Origin: Nitrospinaceae bacterium
Lineage (GTDB): Bacteria > Nitrospinota > Nitrospinia > Nitrospinales > Nitrospinaceae
Direction: 5' to 3'
DNA length: 64,000 bases
Assembly (NCBI GenBank): GCA_965223665.1
Contig: OZ245011.1
Coordinates: forward strand, 3,392,001 to 3,456,000
Positions 10,710-20,007 of the stretch are shown here, piece after piece (within the stretch, counting starts at the first letter, position 1; each line of letters begins with the position of its first letter). A program made the translations under genes and the position numbers. The notes under the pieces are model-generated. The model saw only the letters and a list, made by a program, of their open reading frames with translations, was not told the DNA's origin and made no database searches.

Positions 10710-11807
10710 TTACTGCATTTCCTCAATTAAGCTCATCAATTTCTCAAAACATTTTCCTTCTTTCTGGAGCCGAATTGCTAAATCAAAGGTGTTTTGTAGG
10801 TTAGTTTGCTTATGAAAATGAGATTTTAAGGTTGCAGCCTGATGTGCAATCATGACAGTAGCGGGACTGGAACCATTTTTAAGAGCTTGTTCGCCAAGTT
10901 GGGCAAGATTGGTCCGGGTTGCGGAGATTTCTTTTAGTTCCTCAAAGGCATTTTTGATTTTTCGCACCGTGGTTTCATTATAAACGGACTCAAAATATAT
11001 ACTAATATCTTTTGGCTCTTCCTCTTGGGAATGTATAAATAGCTTAGCCTTTTTATGAATCCCATAAAGAGTAGTTCCTTCCATTCCATTACCAATAATA
11101 ACTCTATTAAAGTCACTTAATTGAGCCACAGCCAACATGGGTTCTTCATAACCGGGATGAAAATAGTTTGTGGCTAAAAAATTCGTTTTTGCTTTTAAGG
11201 GCATTAACATTTTTTCAAAAGTGGCTAGCATAGGACGTTTTACAATTTCTTTACGTAAGTCTTGAAGTGAGTCCAGTTTGGGATGGCTTTGCTGAGTGCT
11301 CAAATAACCAAATCCATTCTGTTCAATAAGAATTTTCCTTTGTTCAAATGACGTGTTTTTGGGAACTCCATAATGATTGATCAGTAAATCTTCAAAAGTA
11401 ATTCCAAACTTTGGAGGTAAGGGTAAGCAAGAATGACCATAGGCCGGAAGTCCCATTTCAGCCAACACGGGCAAAGTGTAAAAGCCAAAGTATGGAATTC
11501 GCTGAAATCCATCAAACGCATCCGCAACCTGAAGGAGGCAATCTAGTTCTATGGATTGAATATGAGTGCTGGAATTTAAGGCTTTCCAGAAACCAATATT
11601 TTCTTCCAATGTTTCGCGTTTCATTCTAAGTGCAATGAGAAATAATCCGGATCTAACAACTGAAACTTTACCATCCAAAACTAAGGTTAATCCGTCCTGA
11701 GCTTCTTGCTCTGTTAGGTTTTTGCTCATGTTAGGGCCGGTGGCAACCTTTAAAAGATAACCCTTCATTCTTTCTTCTGGAGTTAAGTTAAATATTGAAT
11801 CATTCAT
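10710..11807 (-). CDS. Anthranilate phosphoribosyltransferase-like (TrpD/YbiB, glycosyl transferase family 3) protein
   Basis: N-terminal helical domain ATGPNMSKNL...FLIALRMKRET..E; PPKFG and GMEG motifs; lacks the canonical TrpD GTGGD motif. Confidence 0.7.
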   Translation of the reverse strand: MNDSIFNLTPEERMKGYLLKVATGPNMSKNLTEQEAQDGLTLVLDGKVSVVRSGLFLIALRMKRETLEENIGFWKALNSSTHIQSIELDCLLQVADAFDGFQRIPYFGFYTLPVLAEMGLPAYGHSCLPLPPKFGITFEDLLINHYGVPKNTSFEQRKILIEQNGFGYLSTQQSHPKLDSLQDLRKEIVKRPMLATFEKMLMPLKAKTNFLATNYFHPGYEEPMLAVAQLSDFNRVIIGNGMEGTTLYGIHKKAKLFIHSQEEEPKDISIYFESVYNETTVRKIKNAFEELKEISATRTNLAQLGEQALKNGSSPATVMIAHQAATLKSHFHKQTNLQNTFDLAIRLQKEGKCFEKLMSLIEEMQ

Positions 11808-11879
11808 AAATTCACAGATAACTGGTCTTAGGACTTTATTTCGAGTAAGATTATAGGTTTAATCCTTAAAATAAATTCA

Positions 11880-13595
11880 GTGGATACTAAAGCTATAAAT
11901 TCATTTCATTTCCAACACCCAAAGGAGCGGGAAGCTAAGGTATTATTGGTTTACCCAAGTACCCAGGATGTTGCGCTGGCCAATTTAGGCTTTCAAAGGG
12001 TGTATACCATTCTAAACAATTTAGATGGAGTCATTTGCGATCGATTTAGTCTCCCTCAGGGTTGGACCCCCGATCAGTCTACCTTAAAAGCTGATCAAAT
12101 GCGCTCTCATGATTTGGGTTTGTCCCCTCAAGAATTTGACATCATTGCTTTTTCTATTTCTTTTGAACCGGATTATCTCCATGTTGTAACTATTCTTAAG
12201 TATTTTAACATTCCAATAGATAGTAAGGAACGGGGATTAGAATTTCCGCTAATTGTTGCGGGTGGTTCTGCATTATTTATTAACCCCGAACCCCTTGCAG
12301 AAATAATGGACTTATGTTTTGTAGGAGAGGGAGAGGGATTGGCCAATGCATTTTTTAAGGAATTCACTGAAGGTTTTTGGAAAAGTAGAGATGAGTTATT
12401 AAGGAATTCAGAAAAAATTCCCGGGATTTACATCCCCAGGTTTTTCCAACCTGTTTACGAAGGAGAATATCAAGTAGACTTAAAACCCAAGGGTAGTTTT
12501 TCAGATAGGATAATTCGTCATTGGGTTCCGGAAAACTCTAAAGATCTTTGCACACATTCTGAGTTACATGATACCAGTTCGACTTTCAAAGATATGGCAT
12601 TGATGGAAGTGACTCGTGGTTGTATTTGGGCTTGCCGCTTTTGCACGGCAGGTTTTATTTACCGTCCACCTCGGGAACCGAACCTTGAAGACACATATAA
12701 TTCACTTTCGGAAGCTTTACATAATCAGGGCAAAGAAATGTCAACCATTGGTTTGGTGGGACCTTCAGTGACCGATCATCCAGAATTAATTCCATTAGCT
12801 CAACGGCTGGTTGAAGAGGGAAAGAAACTTTCTTTTTCTTCCCTACGAATGGAAACCTTGACAGAAGAGTTAGTGGATTTAATTTTACAAAGCGGTCAAA
12901 AAACTATCACAGTAGCTGTGGATGCACCCTCTGAACGAATGCGTGATGTCATAAATAAATCGGCTAGTGATGACTTTATTGTAGATAAATGTCGATTCCT
13001 TACTGAAAAAGGGATTTTGCATTTGAAGATTTATTCCATCATTGGCCTACCTTTGGAGCAGGAAGAAGATATTGACCAATTTATTGATCTTGTGAAATCT
13101 ATCCAGGGGGCATATGTGGATGCAAGTCGGTCTCGAGGAAAGATCGGAAGTATTACAATCAGTTTAAGCCCATTAGTTCCTAAACCAGGAACTCCATTTC
13201 AATGGCACCCTATGGAATCAGTTTCAGTTTTGAAAAAAAGATTTATGAAAGTACGTAAAGCTCTCAGTCGAATTCCAAATATTAATTTGTCTTTTGGTTC
13301 TCCTAATGAGGCTTATTTACAGACATTTTTATCTCGAGGTGACCGGAGGGCTTTAAATTTTTTTAAAGAATATTTATTGAATAATCATGATGCAAAACGC
13401 GCCTTGCAAAAAATGAATCCCCATCCAGACCATGTGGTTTATAGGCAATTCAATAAGGATGACTTTTTACCTTGGGACGTTATTGACCATGGTTATAGCC
13501 CAAATTTTTTATGGCAGGATTATCAAAGAGGATTGCGTGCAAAGCATACTCCTGTATGTGATACGGCTACTTGTAAAATTTGCGGAATTTGCTAG
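11880..13595 (+). CDS. Radical SAM protein (TIGR03960/YgiQ-like, B12-binding-like N-terminus)
   Basis: EVTRGCIWACRFC (CxxxCxxC), NPEPLA, PKPGTPFQW and C-terminal CDTATCKICGIC. Confidence 0.85.
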   Translation: MDTKAINSFHFQHPKEREAKVLLVYPSTQDVALANLGFQRVYTILNNLDGVICDRFSLPQGWTPDQSTLKADQMRSHDLGLSPQEFDIIAFSISFEPDYLHVVTILKYFNIPIDSKERGLEFPLIVAGGSALFINPEPLAEIMDLCFVGEGEGLANAFFKEFTEGFWKSRDELLRNSEKIPGIYIPRFFQPVYEGEYQVDLKPKGSFSDRIIRHWVPENSKDLCTHSELHDTSSTFKDMALMEVTRGCIWACRFCTAGFIYRPPREPNLEDTYNSLSEALHNQGKEMSTIGLVGPSVTDHPELIPLAQRLVEEGKKLSFSSLRMETLTEELVDLILQSGQKTITVAVDAPSERMRDVINKSASDDFIVDKCRFLTEKGILHLKIYSIIGLPLEQEEDIDQFIDLVKSIQGAYVDASRSRGKIGSITISLSPLVPKPGTPFQWHPMESVSVLKKRFMKVRKALSRIPNINLSFGSPNEAYLQTFLSRGDRRALNFFKEYLLNNHDAKRALQKMNPHPDHVVYRQFNKDDFLPWDVIDHGYSPNFLWQDYQRGLRAKHTPVCDTATCKICGIC

Positions 13596-13600
13596 TAAGT

Positions 13601-14515
13601 ATGGAAACGATAGACACTTTAGAAAAAATGAACAAGCTTCCAGCGGATCGCCGTTTTTTTGATATTAATGATTTGTGGTATTTCCCCAAACGGTGGGCCG
13701 TCCAATTTTTTTATCCTCTTCCAATTTCAGCGAATCAGATAACATTCCTTGCCTTAATCATGGGATTAATTTCTGCAGGAATATATTTTTGGGGAGGGAA
13801 TACTGCTCTCATATGGGGAGCTATCTTTTTATATCTGAAATCATTTTTGGATAATGTAGATGGTAACTTAGCAAGAGTTCGTGAAGAAGAATCCCGGTTA
13901 GGCCGATTTTTAGATTCCTTTTCGGATTTTGTAGTTGCTGTTCTTGTTTATGCAGCGGTAACTTGGAATTTATCCTTATTATCTTTGCAGCCAGGATACT
14001 ACTGGGCTTTAGGTGGGATGGCCTTGCTCAGCACTTTGATTCAGTGCAGTTATTGGGTTTATTATTACGTAAATTATACACAGTGGGTGGGAACTTATGG
14101 ATTAAATCGAGTCGATGAGTCTGTTACCGCTCAGGATAAAGAAAAATTAGAAACTGGAGAAATTTCCAGTATTACATTTTTCTTGCAGAGGTTTCATCAA
14201 TGGGTTTATGGGTGGCAAGATCGTTTAATCCAACAGTTTGATTTAATTTGTCGCCGTATTGCAGGTTATCAAGAGATAGAAAGGGAAAGAGAAATTTGGT
14301 TTGCTGATCAGAAATTTCTCAAGCTAATAGGACCCCTGTGTGTTTGTACGAATTCAATGGGGTTTGTGGTTTTTTCTTTGTTGGGAAAAATTGAGTTATT
14401 TTTTTTAGTTGTGGTAGTACTTGGAAACATCTATATGATTGGACTTTCAATCTTAAAAATTAGATGGTTTCGACGAAGTAAATTTAAATGGAAGGCAAAG
14501 GATCCTTCTTTTTAA
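13601..14515 (+). CDS. CDP-alcohol phosphatidyltransferase family protein
   Basis: DNVDGNLAR......GRFLDSFSD signature. ATG at 13601 preferred over the TTG at 13580. Confidence 0.88.
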   Translation: METIDTLEKMNKLPADRRFFDINDLWYFPKRWAVQFFYPLPISANQITFLALIMGLISAGIYFWGGNTALIWGAIFLYLKSFLDNVDGNLARVREEESRLGRFLDSFSDFVVAVLVYAAVTWNLSLLSLQPGYYWALGGMALLSTLIQCSYWVYYYVNYTQWVGTYGLNRVDESVTAQDKEKLETGEISSITFFLQRFHQWVYGWQDRLIQQFDLICRRIAGYQEIEREREIWFADQKFLKLIGPLCVCTNSMGFVVFSLLGKIELFFLVVVVLGNIYMIGLSILKIRWFRRSKFKWKAKDPSF

Positions 14516-14535
14516 GCCCTCTTAAGATTTTGGTA

Positions 14536-15195
14536 CTAATTTCTTCTGTAATCAAAATTAGTTTCTTTAAATTTTTTGGATTGGAAAACCAGTTTAATTT
14601 TTAGCCTAAGATATTCCATTAAAAATTCGTGACGTTTTAATACATCTATTTCTTCCAGAAAAAACTTTTTTTGATCCAAAGACATATCGAATAGATAAGA
14701 AATGCGGTCTACAGCTTGGCTTAGGGTTTTACAATCTGATAAATCTGGTTTCACTTTTTGTGAGTTTTTTTCAGGTAGGGAATCGATAAATTGTCTAAAA
14801 GTGCCCATTAAACTATTCAATAAAGTATTATGGGGTTCCAATGGTTGATCGTTTACAGGATTTAGCCACTCTACTTCTGCTTGACGGTAAGAAGTGTCTC
14901 CAAATTCATTAATTATTTTGAATCTCTTTTGCCCCTTCAAAACTATATCAAATTTACCATCATTTAAACGGTTCCATTTTTCTAAATTTCCTGCACATCC
15001 TATAGGCTGAACTTCGGGTTTATTATAATATTCATTTTCCCATCCAGGCTTAAGGAGAACCATTCCTATCCACTGATTGCTTTTAATAGAATCTTCAACC
15101 ATGTCACGGTATCTAGGTTCAAAAATGTGAAGGGGTAGCGGAGTGTCCGGAAAAAAAACTGAAGAAGGTAAAGGAAAAATGGAAATTCGATTCAT
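14536..15195 (-). CDS. Lon protease N-terminal (substrate-binding) domain protein
   Basis: IFPLPSSVFFP..PLPLHIFEPRYRDMV motif; no AAA or protease domain. Confidence 0.88.
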   Translation of the reverse strand: MNRISIFPLPSSVFFPDTPLPLHIFEPRYRDMVEDSIKSNQWIGMVLLKPGWENEYYNKPEVQPIGCAGNLEKWNRLNDGKFDIVLKGQKRFKIINEFGDTSYRQAEVEWLNPVNDQPLEPHNTLLNSLMGTFRQFIDSLPEKNSQKVKPDLSDCKTLSQAVDRISYLFDMSLDQKKFFLEEIDVLKRHEFLMEYLRLKIKLVFQSKKFKETNFDYRRN

Positions 15196-15427
15196 TTTTT
15201 TCTTTTTATTAAGTCGGAAAAGCTATTTTTAATAAATTTGGTTGTATAGGGATTTTAACATCCTTAAAATTAAGGAAAAAGGGTTTCCTTATAAATTAGA
15301 ATAAACCATAAATACCCTTTTTAGGGTATTTTGTTAAATGAAATAAATCCTTCTGCGATTTAATGAATCCACATTATGTTACAAAAAGCATTTTTTCGGC
15401 CCTTTTTAATCTTAAAACCGTATAGCT

Positions 15428-16828
15428 ATGATCGTTGTACCTGAAAATATTTGTGCAGAAATACAGGGATCTCTTATTCAATCAGGCCTCTATTCGTTAG
15501 AGCATAATGATCCTGTAAAAAATTGGAGAATAGCGGCAGAGCCCTATAAAGTTTCCTCTCAAGATTTAGACTTTTTCAAAAAATTAGGGGGAATTTTATT
15601 AGAGTTTTATTCGGCTCTAAATAGCTTATACCTGGAAAGCTATAAGGGGAAAGCTCCTGAATGGGTAGCAGATTATTTGGATCGTGGCAAGCCTTCCGAC
15701 TTAGTAGAATATTCTAGAATGAAAAAATTTAAGAATATTCTACCTGGAATAATTCGGCCGGATATCATGGTAAAGGAAAAGGGGTTTGCGGTTACAGAGT
15801 TGGATTCAGTCCCAGGAGGGTTTGGATTAACGGCCCATTTAATGAAAGCATATTCCAATCATGGATGGGAAATTTGTGGTAGTGAGAATGATATTACAGA
15901 ATCATTTTTTAAAATGTTAGGAAATTCTTCAAATGTAACCAATCCAACTGTTGCCATTATTGTTTCTGATGAGGCTGTGGATTACCTTGCAGAAATGGAA
16001 TTTTTAAGTAAGGAGTTAAGAAAAAAAGAACGCAAGGTTTATGTATTGCAACCGAGACAGGTAATATTTTCTGAAGAGGGATTGTTTTTTGAAAATGAAG
16101 GTAAAAAAGTTTGCATTGATATTGTTTATCGATTTTTTGAATTATTTGATTTGAAAAATATTCCTAAGTCTGAATTATTTATGTATAGCAACAAAAAAGG
16201 AAAAATTAATACCACGCCACCCTATAAGCCGTATTTGGAAGAAAAGTTGAATTTTGCCTTGTTTCATCATCCTGCTCTCAGCGTTTGGTGGGAAAAACAC
16301 CTTAAATCTGAAACTTTTGAGACTTTAAATCATCTAATTCCAAAAAGTTGGATTCTGGATAACCGGCCTTTACCTCCTCAAGGAGTGATTCCTAACTTGA
16401 AATTAAGGAATAAGGCAGTCCAGGATTGGGCAGAGTTAAGTTCCCTATCTCAAAAGGAACGTGAACTGGTTATTAAGCCCTCAGGATTTTCCCCAGAGGC
16501 TTGGGGAAGTCGGGGTGTAACCATAGGCCATGATGTTTCAAGTGAAATTTGGCAGGAAACATTAAGTGAAAGTTTAGATCGATTTGAAAGCCAACCTTAT
16601 ATTTTGCAGGAATTTCATAAGGGAAAAAGAATTCAAATGAGTTATTGGGATCCACAAACAGATACAATGGAAGAAATGCAGGGTAGAGTTAGGCTCACTC
16701 CTTATTATTTTATTGTTAACCAAGAGGCCCAATTAGGCGGTATATTGGCGACCATTTGTCCTCAGGATAAAAAGAAAATCCATGGAATGGTTGATGCGAT
16801 TATGGTGCCTTGCGCGGTCGAAAATTAA
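15428..16828 (+). CDS. Circularly permuted ATP-grasp ligase (glutathione synthetase / glutathionylspermidine synthetase-like fold), function unknown
   Basis: Motif order IRPD...TELDSVPGGFG, DIVYRFF, P.K..LEEK, LVIKPSG...WGSRGV, YILQEF. Confidence 0.65.
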   Translation: MIVVPENICAEIQGSLIQSGLYSLEHNDPVKNWRIAAEPYKVSSQDLDFFKKLGGILLEFYSALNSLYLESYKGKAPEWVADYLDRGKPSDLVEYSRMKKFKNILPGIIRPDIMVKEKGFAVTELDSVPGGFGLTAHLMKAYSNHGWEICGSENDITESFFKMLGNSSNVTNPTVAIIVSDEAVDYLAEMEFLSKELRKKERKVYVLQPRQVIFSEEGLFFENEGKKVCIDIVYRFFELFDLKNIPKSELFMYSNKKGKINTTPPYKPYLEEKLNFALFHHPALSVWWEKHLKSETFETLNHLIPKSWILDNRPLPPQGVIPNLKLRNKAVQDWAELSSLSQKERELVIKPSGFSPEAWGSRGVTIGHDVSSEIWQETLSESLDRFESQPYILQEFHKGKRIQMSYWDPQTDTMEEMQGRVRLTPYYFIVNQEAQLGGILATICPQDKKKIHGMVDAIMVPCAVEN

Positions 16829-16844
16829 ATAACAATTATTAATT

Positions 16845-17084
16845 ATGATACGACTATATAATATTGATGGTTGCGGTTATTGTAGTTTAGTTCGTAACAC
16901 TTTAAAAAATTTGGAAATTGAGTACGAAAAAATTGATGTTCCCTGGCCACACCATTTACGAAAAGAAGTGCAAGAAGTTTCAGGACAAACTACAGTGCCG
17001 GTATTGGTTGATGGGGATGTTGTTTTGGCTGATGAATATGAAATAATTGATTACCTGAAAACAACCTATTCTAAGAAAATTTAA
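16845..17084 (+). CDS. Glutaredoxin / GST-N-like protein
   Basis: CGYC active site; SGQTTVPVLVDGD (cis-Pro loop); 79 aa. Confidence 0.88.
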   Translation: MIRLYNIDGCGYCSLVRNTLKNLEIEYEKIDVPWPHHLRKEVQEVSGQTTVPVLVDGDVVLADEYEIIDYLKTTYSKKI

Positions 17085-17106
17085 TCTCCCAAACAAAAGG
17101 ATATCC

Positions 17107-18240
17107 ATGGAGCTTTGGCAAAAGCAATTAAGCGGCAGCGTAGTTAAAGTACAGGACTTGCCATTTATATCCCGTTCTCCAGAGTACTTAGAGAAATTGA
17201 AAAAGGTATCTGAGGTTTTTCCTATAAGGATTAATTCATATTTTATGGATCAGATTAAACAGGAAAATGATCCTCTTTGGAAACAGGTTGTTCCCACTTT
17301 AGAAGAGTTAGACGATTATTTAGCAATGGAGGAGTCATTGGAAGCCGATCCATTGAATGAAGAAAAAGATATGCCTGTTCCCGAGTTGGTGCATAGATAT
17401 CCTGATCGGGTTTTATTAATGCTAAATAACCAATGTCCAATTATTTGCCGCTTTTGTACTCGAAAAAGAAAAATTGGTTTTCCTGGTATTGTGACTAGAG
17501 AGACTTTACGTCAAGGAATTGAGTATATCGCAGATCATCCCGAAATTCGGGATGTAATTATGTCCGGGGGGGATCCCTTATTAGTGCCTGATAAGGAATT
17601 AGAACGAATATTGCGATCATTACGAGAAATCCCCCATCTGGAAATAATTAGAATAGGGACCAGGGTTCCTGGGACGTTGCCAGATCGTGTTACACCTGAA
17701 CTCTGTGATATGTTAAAGAAGTACCATCCCATATACTCCAACTTACATTTTAACCACCCGGATGAAATTACACCGCAAGTGGAGCTAGCTTGTAATCGAA
17801 TGGCGGATGCGGGCATTCCATTGGGAAGCCAAACGGTTTTGTTAAAGGGGGTGAATGATGATGTGGAGATAATGAAACAACTGGTTCAAAAGTTGTTAAA
17901 AATTCGAGTTAAACCATATTATCTATACCAAGCGGATATGACTATGGGAACCGACCATTTTCGAACTCAGGTTGAGAAAGGGTTAGAGATCATTCGTGGA
18001 TTGCAGGGGCATACTTCTGGAATGGCAGTACCTTATTTCGTAATTGATACGCCAGGCGGTGGTGGTAAGGTACGTTTGTTACCCGACTCGATTGTAGAGT
18101 TTAGTGAAGAAGAAATTATTGTGAAAAATTACGAAGGCAAGATTTTCAAGTATCCCCAACCTGCAAAACAAACTCCCACTAAAAAAACGATTTCATCCCC
18201 TGTTTCATCCTCGCAAAGTAAGATTTGTGAGATGGCTTAA
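17107..18240 (+). CDS. kamA: KamA-family radical SAM protein, lysine 2,3-aminomutase-like
   Basis: HRYPDRVL, CPIICRFC, SGGDPL, PYYLYQAD and VIDTPGGGGK (PLP lysine). Confidence 0.85.
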   Translation: MELWQKQLSGSVVKVQDLPFISRSPEYLEKLKKVSEVFPIRINSYFMDQIKQENDPLWKQVVPTLEELDDYLAMEESLEADPLNEEKDMPVPELVHRYPDRVLLMLNNQCPIICRFCTRKRKIGFPGIVTRETLRQGIEYIADHPEIRDVIMSGGDPLLVPDKELERILRSLREIPHLEIIRIGTRVPGTLPDRVTPELCDMLKKYHPIYSNLHFNHPDEITPQVELACNRMADAGIPLGSQTVLLKGVNDDVEIMKQLVQKLLKIRVKPYYLYQADMTMGTDHFRTQVEKGLEIIRGLQGHTSGMAVPYFVIDTPGGGGKVRLLPDSIVEFSEEEIIVKNYEGKIFKYPQPAKQTPTKKTISSPVSSSQSKICEMA

Positions 18241-18259
18241 ATATAAATTTCATTCCCCT

Positions 18260-18289
18260 TTGACATTGGATAGAGAATTCTAATATATT
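18260..18289 (+). promoter_or_regulatory. Putative sigma70 promoter for the DUF502 gene
   Basis: TTGACA (18260-18265), 18 bp spacer, TATATT (18284-18289). Confidence 0.45.
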
Positions 18290-18323
18290 AAATAATTACA
18301 ATGATTATTAGAGGCTTCTCTTT

Positions 18324-18947
18324 GTGAGTTTCATCAAAAACAATTTGATTGCGGGATTGTTAATAACAATTCCAATTGTCTTGACGTATATTCTCTTTTC
18401 TTTTGTAATTAATGCTTTAGACAGGTGGATGGCTCCCCTGATTTCAACCGTAATTATAAAGTTGCACTTACCTTTACCCGAAGACTTTTATTTACCGGGG
18501 CTTGGTGTTGTAATAGTGATTTTCTTCATTTTTCTTATGGGTTTATTGGGGACCAATTATTTTGGAGAAAAGTTAGTTCAAACAGGTGAGGCGTTGTTGA
18601 ATAAGACTCCCTTTGTTCGGGGTATATACAATACCATTAAGCAGGTTATAGAGACTATTTCTAAAACTAAATCGAATTCCTTTAAAGAATTAGTGTTGGT
18701 GAAATACCCTCACCAATCTCTTAGCATGATTGGCTTGGTTGCTGGCACAACTAAAGGGGAAGTGGCTACTAAATCAGAAGATGAATTAATTAATGTGTTT
18801 CTGCCCTTATTGCCAAATGTAACATTAGGATTTTACGTTGTGATCCCCAAAAAGGATGTGACTCCCTTAGAAATGGGTTTGGAGGAAGGAATGAAATATT
18901 TAATGTCATTTGGGATAGTTGATAAGGATCAATCCAGGGCAAAATAG
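18324..18947 (+). CDS. DUF502 family membrane protein
   Basis: AGLLITIPI, PFVRGIYNTIKQ and VFLPLLPNVTLGF motifs. Confidence 0.85.
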   Translation: MSFIKNNLIAGLLITIPIVLTYILFSFVINALDRWMAPLISTVIIKLHLPLPEDFYLPGLGVVIVIFFIFLMGLLGTNYFGEKLVQTGEALLNKTPFVRGIYNTIKQVIETISKTKSNSFKELVLVKYPHQSLSMIGLVAGTTKGEVATKSEDELINVFLPLLPNVTLGFYVVIPKKDVTPLEMGLEEGMKYLMSFGIVDKDQSRAK

Positions 18948-18967
18948 ATTTCCAATTTGAAGATTTG

Positions 18968-19570
18968 TTATTGTCTTACTTTTCGGCTGTCCCGTTTTCC
19001 GGCAATTTTTTCACTGATATTTTTGGCTGATCTGGTCTTCATTTTTGCAAGTACTTTTCCGGCAATTTTACTCTTCATTTTAGAAATTATTTGAATTGCC
19101 ACGCCTTGGTCCATTGCCTCTAAAAGAGTTGCAGCTTCGGTTGGTTTCATAGCGGAGTATACTTTTACAAGAGATTTTACATTTTTTTCAATTAAATCTC
19201 TTTTGATTCCTACTTGCTCTTCACTTCTTGCCAGGGCTTCTTCAATTTTTTTTAAGTCCTTTAAAACTTTTTCTTCAAGGATTTTTAAATTACTTTCCCT
19301 GAGTAATAATTCCTCCTCACGTTTTTTAAGGTCTTCATTTTTCTTTGCAATCATTTCAAGCATTCGCAGGGTTTCAGGATTTAACGATGAAGGATTTTGA
19401 GGAAGTTTAGGTTTTTCTTTCAGGGGTTCTTTAATTGGAGATTCAGTGGTTGATTCAAGTTCCGCATTATTTGGGTTTTTCCCCTGTTCTGTTGATATAT
19501 CAGAATCTTGTGTAAAGCCTGGTGTAGACAGCCCAAATAAAACAAGGAATAAAAATATAATAATTCTCAT
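18968..19570 (-). CDS. MotE/FlbB-like flagellar protein (MgtE-N-like C-terminus)
   Basis: Signal or TM segment, coiled coil, LVKVYSAMKPTEAA..L..MD...I..MK...AGKVLAKM; immediately downstream of fliJ. Confidence 0.75.
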   Translation of the reverse strand: MRIIIFLFLVLFGLSTPGFTQDSDISTEQGKNPNNAELESTTESPIKEPLKEKPKLPQNPSSLNPETLRMLEMIAKKNEDLKKREEELLLRESNLKILEEKVLKDLKKIEEALARSEEQVGIKRDLIEKNVKSLVKVYSAMKPTEAATLLEAMDQGVAIQIISKMKSKIAGKVLAKMKTRSAKNISEKIAGKRDSRKVRQ

Positions 19571-20004
19571 AGGGACCTCTTATGCCATCGAGAGGATGCA
19601 ACCTCATCAAAAAAAGCTGTTTCTTGTTTCCTTTTTTTTTGTTGAAATTGAATTAAAGCCTGATCTTTTAGAATTTCCAATGTTTTGCGTTTTCGCATTG
19701 CTTCAATCAACTCATCTCTTTTTTCTGAAGCTTTTTTTTCTATTTCAGATATTATTTGACCTTGAGTTTGTTCCTTGCTTTTGATGGCTTGAAAATAATT
19801 TCCATAAAGCATTAATGTGTTCGATTCTGTGGGTGCTTCGAGCATTTTTACAAATTGTTTTTTATTATGATTTTCTTCATTTTCCATATCAGATAATGCA
19901 TTCTGTTGTTGGACCAAATGGGATCTGACCACTCCAAAATCTTTTTGAATCAATTCTTCCTGATTTTTCCTTAATCTTAATAAAGTTTCGAAGCGAAATT
20001 TCAT
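19567..20004 (-). CDS. fliJ: Flagellar export protein FliJ
   Basis: MKFRFETLLRLR start, coiled coil, RKTLEILK...E..FFDE; follows fliI. Confidence 0.88.
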   Translation of the reverse strand: MKFRFETLLRLRKNQEELIQKDFGVVRSHLVQQQNALSDMENEENHNKKQFVKMLEAPTESNTLMLYGNYFQAIKSKEQTQGQIISEIEKKASEKRDELIEAMRKRKTLEILKDQALIQFQQKKRKQETAFFDEVASSRWHKRSL

Positions 20005-20007
20005 TAT

